A stretch of DNA of 64,000 bases from assembly GCA_016206925.1 (NCBI GenBank), contig JACQQS010000070.1:1899-65898 (forward strand), in the 5' to 3' direction. This document shows, piece by piece, positions 1 to 8,879 of the stretch. Every line of letters begins with the position of its first letter. Positions within the stretch are counted from its first letter, which is position 1. The DNA is from Candidatus Omnitrophota bacterium. Its GTDB lineage: Bacteria > Omnitrophota > Omnitrophia > Omnitrophales > JACQQS01. The notes beneath the pieces were generated by a model. That model had not been told where the DNA came from, ran no database searches, and saw only the letters and a list, made by a program, of their open reading frames with translations. Both the position numbers and the translations under genes were made by a program.

Positions 1-721
1 AGGAGGCAGTCCCCAGCAGCAGCTCGTTCTTTTAGGAATTGTTATCGGAGCGGCCGCCGTTGTTTTGCTTCTCGTAAACCGCGGTACGCTTCCGCGAAAT
101 GTGCAAAATATTCTTCCGCTCGGTGTTTTGGCCGTTTTGGTTCCCAGAATGTTCAGTATTATGCGGGTTAAACGTTTGCGCAGTAAATTCTCAGAACAGT
201 TTCCCGCCGCCATTCGCATGATGATGAATTCACTGAGGGCTGGGCATGATATCCGTTCGTCATTTGAGATGGTTTCGGAAGATATGCCTTCTCCGGTGCG
301 AGAGGAATTTGCGCACATCCTAAGGGAGTTAAACGTGGGCATAAACCTGGAGACCACTTTAAAGAATTTGCAACGCAGGATGGAATTAAGCGATGTGAAC
401 ATCTTTGTTGTGAGCGTGCTTTTGAATAATAAGTTGGGAGGAAACTTGACGGAGATTTTGCAAAAGCTGGAATACACCATGCGTGACCGAATTAAACTGA
501 GGCGTGAAATAAAATCTCTAACCGCACAGGGCCAAGCTTCGGCAATGCTCCTGACCATGCTGGTGCCGTCGGTAAGCGGATATATGTTTATCACCAGTCC
601 CGATTACATGCGGCCTCTTTGGACAACTTCGCTGGGTTTGTGGATTACGATCGGATGTTACCTTGCTGTATTGTTTGGCACCTTCATTTTGCTTCGGATG
701 GTCCATGTCAAGTTGGAGTAA
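1..721 (+). CDS. tadB: Tad/Flp pilus assembly membrane protein, TadB-like (T2SS F-domain); 5' end lies off-window
   Basis: The frame of ORF 65..721 stays open back to position 2. It is a polytopic membrane protein with a GspF/T2SSF-type cytoplasmic segment (LRAGHDIRSSFEMV..PVREEF..LNVGINLETTL). A second T2SSF paralog follows immediately, as in tadB-tadC pairs. Confidence 0.7.
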   Translation, partial: GGSPQQQLVLLGIVIGAAAVVLLLVNRGTLPRNVQNILPLGVLAVLVPRMFSIMRVKRLRSKFSEQFPAAIRMMMNSLRAGHDIRSSFEMVSEDMPSPVREEFAHILRELNVGINLETTLKNLQRRMELSDVNIFVVSVLLNNKLGGNLTEILQKLEYTMRDRIKLRREIKSLTAQGQASAMLLTMLVPSVSGYMFITSPDYMRPLWTTSLGLWITIGCYLAVLFGTFILLRMVHVKLE

Positions 722-748
722 ATTCTTTACGAAAGGGATGGGATCCAT

Positions 749-1603
749 TTGATCGGGTTTTTGGCAATTTTTGTTTTCATTTTATGCATCGGAATGTTGG
801 TTGTATCTATGACCGGCGGAAGCGCAAAGACGTCCGCGCGTCTCGGCGGTCTTTTAAAAGAGATTGATTCCCATCATACTGGTGCAGCACAATTAAAAGC
901 ACGTTCGTCATCGATTACACAGCTTCTAACAGCGTCGAAGTACGCAGTCCGCAAGCGCGCCGAAAAAACATTGCTCCGCGCGCTCCGCCTCATCATGATG
1001 AGTTCCCTTATCTTATGTGCATATACATTTGGTTTTCTGAAAGATCCGCCGCCCCTGTTAAAATACCTGAGCATTCTGGGCGCTGTGATCGGTGTTGTTC
1101 CTGTCATGTTTCTGAAAAGCTTTAAGAACAAGCGAAAGACAGCCATGGAGATTTCGCTTATAAACGTGATTGATCTTGTAGTCATCGGACTGGAGGCAGG
1201 AATGACGCTTCCGGCTATTCTTAAAGAGATCGTGGCGCAGGAACCGAATCCAAGAGATCCTTTGAAGTTGGAGATTGAGCAAATGTTGGCAGAAATGGAA
1301 GCGGGACTGGATTTCAATAAAGCTTTACGCGGCTTGGCTACGCGGAGTGAAATCCAGGAACTGCAAGTACTTGCGAGTGCCGTGGTTCAAGCAGAGCGCG
1401 TTGGTTCGGGGCTTGCCCAAACATTTCGAATCTACGGCGATGATTTAAGATCCTCACGCCGCGAGCTATTGAGGGCAAAGATGCAGAAGCTGCCTGTTAA
1501 AATGCTTTTGCCCATGGTGCTTTTTCTTCTTCTTCCTCTTATGGTCTTGATACTTGCTCCTGCCGGTTTGAGCATGATGGCCAGGTTTGTCAGCGTTGAG
1601 TAG
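749..1603 (+). CDS. tadC: Tad/Flp pilus assembly membrane protein, TadC-like (T2SS F-domain)
   Basis: TTG start at 749. T2SSF-type segment (GLEAGMTLPAILKEI...EMEAGLDFNKALRGL) plus a C-terminal TM helix. It sits directly after the TadB-like gene. Confidence 0.7.
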   Translation: MIGFLAIFVFILCIGMLVVSMTGGSAKTSARLGGLLKEIDSHHTGAAQLKARSSSITQLLTASKYAVRKRAEKTLLRALRLIMMSSLILCAYTFGFLKDPPPLLKYLSILGAVIGVVPVMFLKSFKNKRKTAMEISLINVIDLVVIGLEAGMTLPAILKEIVAQEPNPRDPLKLEIEQMLAEMEAGLDFNKALRGLATRSEIQELQVLASAVVQAERVGSGLAQTFRIYGDDLRSSRRELLRAKMQKLPVKMLLPMVLFLLLPLMVLILAPAGLSMMARFVSVE

Positions 1604-1604
1604 G

Positions 1605-1670
1605 AGAGAGCTATCAGCTATCAGTCGTCGGCTAAAATTTTTGGCTGAAAGCTGACGGCTGAGAGCTCAG
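1605..1670 (+). repeat. Intercistronic hairpin built from tandem heptamers
   Basis: The left arm is AGCTATC AGCTATC AGTCGTC (1609-1629). The right arm is GGCTGAA AGCTGAC GGCTGAG AGCTCAG (1643-1670). Positions 1609-1633 pair with 1643-1667 at 21 of 25 positions (17 WC + 4 GU) around the loop AAAATTTTT. Confidence 0.6.
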
Positions 1671-1687
1671 GGTAAGGAGATACTCCT

Positions 1688-2041
1688 TTGCGGATTCAAA
1701 ATATCTCACGTGGGACCGAAATTGCATTCTCGGCTGTTGAGGCGCGAGGTTTTTTGAATCGTCTGACAGGTCTAATCGGGAAAAAGTATTTGGAGAGGGG
1801 TTCGGGTTTGATTTTGCGTTCTTGCTCCTCGGTGCATACCCTGTGGATGCGCTTTCCCATCGATATTATTTTTGCAGATCGTGAGTTGGTGGTATGCAAA
1901 TTAATTCGAGATCTTAAACCTTGGTCGTTTAGTCCGATCATTTTATCAGCGCACTTAGCCATTGAGCTGCCGGCCGGTATGATTGATGCATCGCTGACTC
2001 AACTGAAAGATCAGATAACTCTCACCCCCAGCCCGTTCTAG
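1688..2041 (+). CDS. DUF192 family protein
   Basis: TTG start preceded by AAGGAG (1674-1679). Typical DUF192 pattern: RGLIGK..L..GSGLIL..C.SVHTLWMRFPIDIIF.D....V.K......PW. Confidence 0.75.
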   Translation: MRIQNISRGTEIAFSAVEARGFLNRLTGLIGKKYLERGSGLILRSCSSVHTLWMRFPIDIIFADRELVVCKLIRDLKPWSFSPIILSAHLAIELPAGMIDASLTQLKDQITLTPSPF

Positions 2042-2256
2042 GTCGGGCATCCTTTCTGTAAGTTACTATGATTAATAATGTTATGACTTTCCAGTACCCA
2101 TTTTCTAAAGTACTTCTGTCCTAAAGTTTTATCCGAAGTTTTATCCAGCTGAGTGGCGGCAAAAGCTAAGTAGCAGTATAATTCCCTTTTACCCGAATTT
2201 AGTGGTAAGCATTTGCCAGGTAATCGCGCGTGTTTTTAAATTAAGAGGAAACAGAG

Positions 2257-3444
2257 ATGGCTTTCTGTCCGGTGGAAGAGCTGATTGCAGAAGTAAAACA
2301 AGGCCGCATGATCATTGTGACCGATGATGAATCACGTGAAAATGAGGGCGATTTGATTTTGGCCGCGCATTTTACGTCGCCTGAAAACATAAACTTCATG
2401 ATGAAACATGCCAGAGGTCTCATATGTATTCCGATGACGGATAGCCGGCTTCAAAACCTTGGGCTTCGCGATATGGTCGATCAAAGTGATGATTCCATGC
2501 GAACGGCTTTTACCGTATCGGTGGATGCCAAGCATGGCGTAACGACGGGAATTTCCGCGCATGATCGATCGCGTACGATAGAAGTTCTCGCCGATCTCAA
2601 GTACTCGGGGAATGACATAGTAACGCCGGGCCACGTTTTCCCGCTTCGCGCAAAGAGAGGGGGAGTGCTCAGACGTTCCGGACATACGGAAGCAGCGATT
2701 GACTTGATGCGGCTTGCCGGGCTGAATGAGGTCGCCATTATATGCGAGATCATAAACGACGATGGTTCGATGGCCAGACTTCCGGATCTCGAGCAATTTG
2801 CGGCAACGCATGGTTTCAAAATGGGAACCATCGCGGATCTTATTAGTTACCGGAGGATGAGAGAAAAGCTTGTTGAATTTGTAGCGGAGGCCGACATACC
2901 GACCAAATTTGGAATGTGGCACGGCAAATTGTACCGATCGCTGATTGATCAAAAGGAGCACATGGCGCTCATTTTTGGAAAAATAGATGAAACACCCCAA
3001 TTGGTACGCGTTCATTCCGAATGTTTTACCGGTGACGTTCTTGGTTCCATGCGCTGTGATTGCCGGGCACAGCTCAATGCGGCTATGGAGAACATAGCTA
3101 AGGAAGGACGCGGAGTATTGCTTTATATCCGGCAGGAAGGACGCGGCATTGGTCTCGCAAACAAATTGAAAGCTTATGCACTTCAGGATCAGGGATATGA
3201 TACCGTGGAGGCCAACGAGAAGCTTGGATTCCGTCCGGACCTGCGCGATTACGGAATTGGCGCTCAAATTCTAAAAGATCTTGGCTTAAGCAAGATCCGG
3301 CTCTTGACCAATAATCCCAAGAAAATTATCGGATTGGAAGGGCATGGTTTACAAGTTGTTGAACGGATTCATATGGATGTTCAGCTCCACGAACTAAATA
3401 GGGATTATGTGCAAACAAAGCGTGAAAAGTTGGGGCATTTTTAG
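2257..3444 (+). CDS. ribBA: Bifunctional 3,4-dihydroxy-2-butanone-4-phosphate synthase / GTP cyclohydrolase II
   Basis: DHBP synthase motifs ([26 protein letters not shown]) are followed by GCH-II motifs ([29 protein letters not shown]). AAGAGG lies upstream of the ATG. Confidence 0.95.
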   Translation: MAFCPVEELIAEVKQGRMIIVTDDESRENEGDLILAAHFTSPENINFMMKHARGLICIPMTDSRLQNLGLRDMVDQSDDSMRTAFTVSVDAKHGVTTGISAHDRSRTIEVLADLKYSGNDIVTPGHVFPLRAKRGGVLRRSGHTEAAIDLMRLAGLNEVAIICEIINDDGSMARLPDLEQFAATHGFKMGTIADLISYRRMREKLVEFVAEADIPTKFGMWHGKLYRSLIDQKEHMALIFGKIDETPQLVRVHSECFTGDVLGSMRCDCRAQLNAAMENIAKEGRGVLLYIRQEGRGIGLANKLKAYALQDQGYDTVEANEKLGFRPDLRDYGIGAQILKDLGLSKIRLLTNNPKKIIGLEGHGLQVVERIHMDVQLHELNRDYVQTKREKLGHF

Positions 3445-3452
3445 AGCGGGCC

Positions 3453-3968
3453 ATGAGCACTTACACTGGACGATTGGACGCGCGCGGCCGGCGTTTCGGC
3501 CTGGTTGTAGCGAGATTTAATGAATTTATCACGAGGCGGTTGCTGGATGCGGCGCAAAACGAGTTGCAAAGCCTCGGCGCCGAACTCAGTGATATTGACG
3601 TTGCGTGGGTTCCCGGAGCCATGGAGATACCTCTGGCTTGCCGCAAAATGGCAGAAACCGGGCGGGTTGAGGCCGTTATTGCCATGGCTTGCGTTTTGAA
3701 AGGAGAAACATCTCATTTCGAAGAGGTGGCCAGAGAGCTTGCTCATGGCGTTTCAACCGTTGCTTTGGACTCCAGTATCCCGGTTATTTACGGAGCCATT
3801 ACGGCGGATTCGCTCGAGCAAGCCATTCATCGTGCCGGCGGAAAAATGGGAAATAAAGGTCAGGATGCTGCGAGATCTGCTGTAGAGATGGCGAATCTAT
3901 TTCGGTCTCTAGGTGCCGGGCATCCGGAAGTTCAGGCAAGAATACGCCTTTTGAGCGGTGATGCGTAA
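3453..3968 (+). CDS. ribH: 6,7-dimethyl-8-ribityllumazine synthase
   Basis: RFGLVVARFNEFIT..L..GA...L, VPGAMEIP and ACVLKGETSHFE match lumazine synthase. It carries a ~15-aa C-terminal extension that overlaps nusB by 11 nt. Confidence 0.93.
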   Translation: MSTYTGRLDARGRRFGLVVARFNEFITRRLLDAAQNELQSLGAELSDIDVAWVPGAMEIPLACRKMAETGRVEAVIAMACVLKGETSHFEEVARELAHGVSTVALDSSIPVIYGAITADSLEQAIHRAGGKMGNKGQDAARSAVEMANLFRSLGAGHPEVQARIRLLSGDA

Positions 3969-4407
3969 ACGAACACTTGCCCGCGAACATTGCTTAAAGC
4001 TGCTTTATCAGATTAATTTGAGCGGCTTGGAGGATATTGCGGCGGTTCTCAACGACTACTGGAAAAATCTTCCGACACCGGCGGAAGAAGAAGTGATTCA
4101 ATTTGCGGAGCGGATTGTCAGAGGCACGATTGAACAGCTGACTTTTATTGACATGATCATATCGAAATATGCCGAGAATTGGAATCTAGAGCGAATGGCC
4201 GTTATCGATCGGAACGTTTTACGCGCCGCAACATATGAACTGCTTTTTCTTGCCGAGGAAATTCCCCCGAAAGTGGTAATTAATGAGTCCGTTAATTTGG
4301 CAAAGAAATTTTCTACGGAAGAATCGGGGCGCTTTGTAAACGGTGTGTTGGACAAAATAAATCATAGCGAACCACGCATTTCAATACCTCCGGCCGCCTC
4401 CTCATAA
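3958..4407 (+). CDS. nusB: Transcription antitermination factor NusB
   Basis: R..ARE.CLKLLYQ, AVIDRNVLRAATYEL and INESVNLAKKF..EESGRFVNGVLDKI are the NusB signature. Confidence 0.9.
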   Translation: MMRKRTLAREHCLKLLYQINLSGLEDIAAVLNDYWKNLPTPAEEEVIQFAERIVRGTIEQLTFIDMIISKYAENWNLERMAVIDRNVLRAATYELLFLAEEIPPKVVINESVNLAKKFSTEESGRFVNGVLDKINHSEPRISIPPAASS

Positions 4408-4439
4408 CCGCTAACTCAGTTAAAACTTCGAGTTATTTA

Positions 4440-5549
4440 ATGAACCGTTTGAATTTGAATTCAACTCATGAACTCTTGATGAAAAAAGCCCTCCAAATAG
4501 CTGAATTAGGGCGGGGGAAGGTGAGCCCCAATCCGCTTGTCGGCGCCTTGTTGGTGAAGAACGGTAATATTGTGGGCCGTGGTGCTCATCTTCGATTTGG
4601 AGGAGTACATGCCGAAATCAATGCTTTACACAGCGCGGGCGCCAGGGCCCGGGGGGCATATCTTTACGTTACGCTTGAACCCTGCTCTTCATGGGGCAAG
4701 ACGGGTCCCTGCGCAGACGCCATCGTTCGTTCTGGAGTTTCTAGGGTCTTTATTGGAGCTATGGATCCGAATCCTGTGAACCATGGAAAAGGCATTCGCA
4801 TTTTGCAGCGTGCGGGATTGAAAGTTGTGCACGGAATTCTGGCGGATCAAGTTTTGCGGCAGAACGCAGGCTTTACGAGCTTGCATCGAAAAGGCCGTCC
4901 TTATGCAATACTCAAGATGGCCCAGAGTTTGGACGGAAAAATCGCAACGTCGAAAGGCGAGTCAAAGTGGATTACCGGTGAGAAGACCAGGGCGTTTGTG
5001 CACCGGTTGCGAACCTCCGTTGATGCCATTCTGGTAGGAACAAATACCATACTTCGCGATAATCCAAGCCTGACTGCGCGGTTTGGCGTTTCAAATAAAA
5101 TGCATCCGGCCAGAATAATAATGGATCGAAAACTGCGCATGGGCACGAGCACAAAGGTGCTCAAGGCGAATGAAGCTCCTGTTTTTTATGCAACGTCTTC
5201 CAAAAATGTTTCTTTAGCTTCGACAGAACGTTTAGCCAAGCGAGCCGAAGTGATCGGCGTTCGCGAGAAAGGGAGGGGTCTTGATTTAAAGCAGTTGCTG
5301 AAAAAGCTGGGCCGGAAGGGAATCACGTCCATCTTGGTAGAAGGGGGCGGGGAACTAGCAGCCTCATTTTTAAAGGAGAAATTAGTGGACGAGGTTTATT
5401 GGTGTATCGCGCCTATTTTTGTAGGCGGCCGTAACTCAAAGACTTCAGTGGAAGGAAGGGGAATCGCAAGATTAAAACACGCATACCGGTTGAAGGACGT
5501 TAAAATACGTCGGATAGGAAACGATATAATCGTAAAAGGCAAGTTCTAG
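4440..5549 (+). CDS. ribD: Bifunctional riboflavin biosynthesis deaminase/reductase RibD
   Basis: CMP/dCMP deaminase zinc motif (HAEINAL ... TLEPCSSWGKTGPC) followed by a RibD_C reductase domain (KMAQSLDGKIA...ILVGTNTILRDNPSLT). Confidence 0.95.
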   Translation: MNRLNLNSTHELLMKKALQIAELGRGKVSPNPLVGALLVKNGNIVGRGAHLRFGGVHAEINALHSAGARARGAYLYVTLEPCSSWGKTGPCADAIVRSGVSRVFIGAMDPNPVNHGKGIRILQRAGLKVVHGILADQVLRQNAGFTSLHRKGRPYAILKMAQSLDGKIATSKGESKWITGEKTRAFVHRLRTSVDAILVGTNTILRDNPSLTARFGVSNKMHPARIIMDRKLRMGTSTKVLKANEAPVFYATSSKNVSLASTERLAKRAEVIGVREKGRGLDLKQLLKKLGRKGITSILVEGGGELAASFLKEKLVDEVYWCIAPIFVGGRNSKTSVEGRGIARLKHAYRLKDVKIRRIGNDIIVKGKF

Positions 5550-5550
5550 C

Positions 5551-6186
5551 ATGTTTTCCGGGATTATTGAGAGATTGGTTATTGTAGAAAAGCTCGAACG
5601 AACATCGAGAGGTGTTCGTTTCGCGATTGCGTACAAAAATGAGGTGGCTCCCGTTCAAGAAGGGGAGAGCATCGCCATTAACGGCGTATGTTTGACGGCT
5701 GCGGCAATGGAGGAAGGAAGATTTTGGGTGGAAGCGGTAAAGGAGACTTTGGAGGCTACGACACTTTCCAGTGTCAAAACACATGATCGCGTCAATCTTG
5801 AGCGTTCGCTAAAGGTCGGCGACAAGATCAGCGGACATTTTGTCTTGGGGCATGTCGACGGCGTTGCTGTAATTCAAAAAGTAAATCGAAATGCGGAGAC
5901 TCATGATCTCACATTAAAAGTGCCTGAAATTTGCGAGCCGTTCATGGTGGCCAAGGGTTCGATTGCTGTCGACGGCATCAGTCTGACTATTCAAGCGGTC
6001 CAGGGGAAAACTTGTTCTGTTGCTGTTATTCCGCATACCGCGGCCATGACGACACTGGGTTTCAGAAAAGAAGGAGACCGGGTGAACCTAGAAACAGACG
6101 TGCTGGCAAAGTATGTCCAATTAAGAAGTAATCCGGAGCAGCCATTTCCGTTTACCGTTGATTCGCTTCGCGAACTGGGGTTTTGA
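5551..6186 (+). CDS. ribE: Riboflavin synthase (alpha chain)
   Basis: N-terminal MFSGIIE and a duplicated lumazine-binding barrel (SIAINGVCLT / SIAVDGISLT). Confidence 0.95.
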   Translation: MFSGIIERLVIVEKLERTSRGVRFAIAYKNEVAPVQEGESIAINGVCLTAAAMEEGRFWVEAVKETLEATTLSSVKTHDRVNLERSLKVGDKISGHFVLGHVDGVAVIQKVNRNAETHDLTLKVPEICEPFMVAKGSIAVDGISLTIQAVQGKTCSVAVIPHTAAMTTLGFRKEGDRVNLETDVLAKYVQLRSNPEQPFPFTVDSLRELGF

Positions 6187-6214
6187 ATCTCCGGTAAAAA
6201 CCGGGTATTTTAGC

Positions 6215-6242
6215 TTGACATAACCCTTTATCAAAATATAAT
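6215..6242 (+). promoter_or_regulatory. Sigma70-type promoter candidate for the DUF4870 gene
   Basis: TTGACA (6215-6220), 16-nt spacer, TATAAT (6237-6242). It lies 24 nt upstream of the SD/ATG at 6266. Confidence 0.5.
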
Positions 6243-6265
6243 TTACAGTAATTTTGGAGGGAAAT

Positions 6266-6610
6266 ATGAGCGAACATTCCGACCCATCGAAAAAAGCCGC
6301 AGATCCGGAAATTGAAGAAGGCAAGTTTTTTGCTGCCGTTGGTTACATCTTTGTTTTGTGCTTGGTTCCGCTGATTCTCAAGAAAGGTAACAAGTTCGCC
6401 GCTTTTCACGGCAAGCAAGGTTTGGTCTTGTTGATCTTAGAAGTGGCGGCTGCCATTTTAAAAGTTGTCCCGGTCATCGGACCGGTGATTGCTACGCTTG
6501 CATTCGTTGTTTTCGGCATTTTGTCGCTCGTAGGCATTTTAAAGGTACTCATCGGAGAGTATTGGGAAATGCCGGTTGTCTATGATATTGCCAGAAAAAT
6601 CAACGTCTGA
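6266..6610 (+). CDS. DUF4870 (Tic20-related) small membrane protein
   Basis: I prefer ATG 6266, preceded by GGAGGG (6256-6261), over the TTG at 6254. It has three TM helices and the K.NKFAAFHGKQGL motif typical of DUF4870/COG3296. Confidence 0.6.
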   Translation: MSEHSDPSKKAADPEIEEGKFFAAVGYIFVLCLVPLILKKGNKFAAFHGKQGLVLLILEVAAAILKVVPVIGPVIATLAFVVFGILSLVGILKVLIGEYWEMPVVYDIARKINV

Positions 6611-6673
6611 TTCCGCTGGTGGACAGGCCGGCCTTCCTGCGCATCTTTAGTTCGTTTCTGAACCTATTTATAA

Positions 6674-6702
6674 TTGACCCCCTCTGGTTATTCGGGTAGA
6701 AT
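6674..6702 (+). promoter_or_regulatory. Sigma70-type promoter candidate
   Basis: TTGACC (6674-6679), 17-nt spacer, TAGAAT (6697-6702), upstream of the coiled-coil gene. Confidence 0.4.
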
Positions 6703-6746
6703 GCCCGTGCTTTTGCACTTTTCTTGCGGACAGGATAAATTCAATC

Positions 6747-8354
6747 ATGTTTACAAACACCCTTCGAGTTCTCAAAAAATCTCCCGCCTCAGACTGGAGC
6801 GTCATTCTAAATCCGATCCATAGCGAAATTGCCAAAAATGAAGCGGTTCAAAAAATTGTAGAAGTTTTCCCGATTACGGCGAGTGAGGCCGAAGAATTGG
6901 TTGAAAGAACCCCGCTCATTTTATTGGAATCTCTTTCAGAAGAAGATGCGCATCGAGTTCGCGAGCATTTTGCACGCGCCAACGTCGACTTGATGGTAAG
7001 CGTCGATGCAACGTTGCGGCGTCGTTGCTATAGGACGGTTTGGCCTGAGCGGCCGTCATTAGACTTCATCAAAAGGGTTGAATCAAGTCCAGCGGTTTCG
7101 GAGGATGATTTTCTAAGGAAGGACGAGCCGCGACGGGAAACGCCTGTCAATAATAGCCGTCCTGCGACTCTTGAGCGCTCTCCCGTAGATCGTTCCAAAC
7201 CCACACTAACCGATAATGGCTATTTTAAGTCCGTTCCTAAGAAAATAGAGAAATCGGACTTTGCTCGCCGCTACGCGTTCGAAGAAACGCCCCCCGAAGC
7301 CAGATATTCTGCCGAGCGGCTGCCAATGCCTGAGCGTGACTCGCTTATTGATGAGTTAAAGGATAGATTGCTGGGCATGCAGAGAAAAGCTTCTGAGGCC
7401 GAGGAAGAAAATAGGCGTCTCCGGTTGTCCCTCGAGAAGTTGGAGAAGGAAAAAAACGAACAGATGGCTGCCAACGGTTTGGAAACACAGCGCAGAAGTT
7501 TTGATTCGCTCAGTTTTGAATATGAAAAGAAGCAGGTACTATTGGAAGAAAAGGTCGAACAGTTAATCGATGAGCGAGACCAGTTAATCGATGATCTTTC
7601 CCGAGTCCGATCTCGACTTGGGGAGGTCGAGACGGAAAAAAACCGGTTATCATCCGAACAGGAAAGTGTGTTAAAGAAGCTTGCGTTCCGCGAGCAGGAG
7701 CTCGAGCAGATTAAAGTCGTGGTTGACCGGCAGCAGCGCCTGGAAGAAGAGAATAAGCAGCTGCGGTTGCGTTATGAGGATCTTGCTCAGGAAAGCGAGG
7801 AGCGTTACAAAAGGTTTCGGGAGATGGAAGGTGAGAGCAGAGCTGCTGAAATGCGCGCTCAACAGTTGACCGATGAAGTTCAGCGTTTAAAGAAGGAATT
7901 TGAAGAGGAACACGCGAGGGTCCGGGAGGAAGTTGATCTTCTCAGGCGGCGGGCGAAGGAGTTTGAGGTTGTGAAGGCGGAAAACAAGAGTATGCAGGAG
8001 GAACTTAGAGTCGCCCGCGATCGATTGAAGGAATTTACCATTAATCGGGAGCAGCAGGAAGCCATTGCCAAGAGATTGAGACTACAGAATGAGTTGATTG
8101 AGAAGGAAGCGCGGTTAAAGGAGCTGGTGAAAAAGCAGGAAATTATAGAGAGGGAAATTGTCGAACGCGGACAGGTTATCCAGCAGGTTCTCACGGAGCA
8201 GGAAGAAATAGAACGTGAAATTGTCCGTGCAAAGCAGGCTCAAAAGTATATTACTGAGCAAATCAAGTCGCGTGAAAAGCCGCATTTGAGGACACGCGGC
8301 CGGCTGGAAGTGAAATCGCCGGAGGCATTAAACGAAGTCGGCGAAGACATGTAA
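6747..8354 (+). CDS. Long coiled-coil protein with an L7/L12-C-terminal-like N-domain
   Basis: Residues ~30-85 (KNEAVQKIVEVFPITASEAEELVERTPLILLESLSEEDAHRVREHFARANVDLMV) align by eye with the ribosomal L7/L12 CTD pattern (..EAKDLVE.AP..L.E.VS.EEAE.IK..LE.AGA.V). Residues ~190-520 are E/R/K/L/Q-rich heptad-like coiled coil. Confidence 0.6.
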   Translation: MFTNTLRVLKKSPASDWSVILNPIHSEIAKNEAVQKIVEVFPITASEAEELVERTPLILLESLSEEDAHRVREHFARANVDLMVSVDATLRRRCYRTVWPERPSLDFIKRVESSPAVSEDDFLRKDEPRRETPVNNSRPATLERSPVDRSKPTLTDNGYFKSVPKKIEKSDFARRYAFEETPPEARYSAERLPMPERDSLIDELKDRLLGMQRKASEAEEENRRLRLSLEKLEKEKNEQMAANGLETQRRSFDSLSFEYEKKQVLLEEKVEQLIDERDQLIDDLSRVRSRLGEVETEKNRLSSEQESVLKKLAFREQELEQIKVVVDRQQRLEEENKQLRLRYEDLAQESEERYKRFREMEGESRAAEMRAQQLTDEVQRLKKEFEEEHARVREEVDLLRRRAKEFEVVKAENKSMQEELRVARDRLKEFTINREQQEAIAKRLRLQNELIEKEARLKELVKKQEIIEREIVERGQVIQQVLTEQEEIEREIVRAKQAQKYITEQIKSREKPHLRTRGRLEVKSPEALNEVGEDM

Positions 8355-8366
8355 CGCGGATCGGAT

Positions 8367-8768
8367 ATGCTGAAGGAAATGGCCTTATTTAAGATCAAGG
8401 TGGATGAGCGAAGGAGCGAGCAGGTCATCGTGCTCAAGGAGAAGAGCGGCAGCCGTCTGCTTCCGGTGGTCATCGGAATGGCGGAGGTCAATGCCATTAA
8501 GATGAAGTTGAGCGGCGTTAAACCTCCCAGGCCGTTAACCCACGACCTTTTGTTAAACGCAATAAGTGAATTGGGCGCGAAGTTGAGCAAGGTTTATATT
8601 GATAAGCTGGAAAATAATACCTTTCATGCCAAACTGGCGCTACAGCGGAACGGCAGCGAAGTTATCGTTGATGCCCGCCCTTCGGATAGTATCGCTTTGG
8701 CTTTACGCGCTGATTCTCCCATTTTTGTGGAAGAAGAGGTATTGGAGCAGGCGGGGCTTGGTGAGTAA
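8367..8768 (+). CDS. Bifunctional nuclease (DUF151/BFN) family protein
   Basis: LLPVVIGMAEVNAIKMKL.G.KPPRPLTHDLL and DARPSDSIALALRA..PIFV are the DUF151 signature. Confidence 0.8.
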   Translation: MLKEMALFKIKVDERRSEQVIVLKEKSGSRLLPVVIGMAEVNAIKMKLSGVKPPRPLTHDLLLNAISELGAKLSKVYIDKLENNTFHAKLALQRNGSEVIVDARPSDSIALALRADSPIFVEEEVLEQAGLGE

Positions 8769-8879
8769 AGATATCCCGGATATTTCCTGCAAAGTGAAAT
8801 TCCTTTCATTGAATCCTCCGTTAAATTCGCTTAAAATCATCCTATAGTTTCTAATTCCTGCGAAATTTTTTTCAAAAGG

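Noticed and set aside
2042-2256. An FMN (RFN) riboswitch was expected upstream of ribBA.
   Set aside because: None of the conserved RFN blocks or its multi-stem architecture is recognisable by eye in this AT-rich leader. A covariance-model scan is still needed to be sure.
2332-3267. A 311-aa ORF on the - strand.
   Set aside because: It lies entirely antisense to ribBA, which has unambiguous enzyme motifs. Its composition is Arg/Ser/Leu-rich, typical of shadow ORFs.
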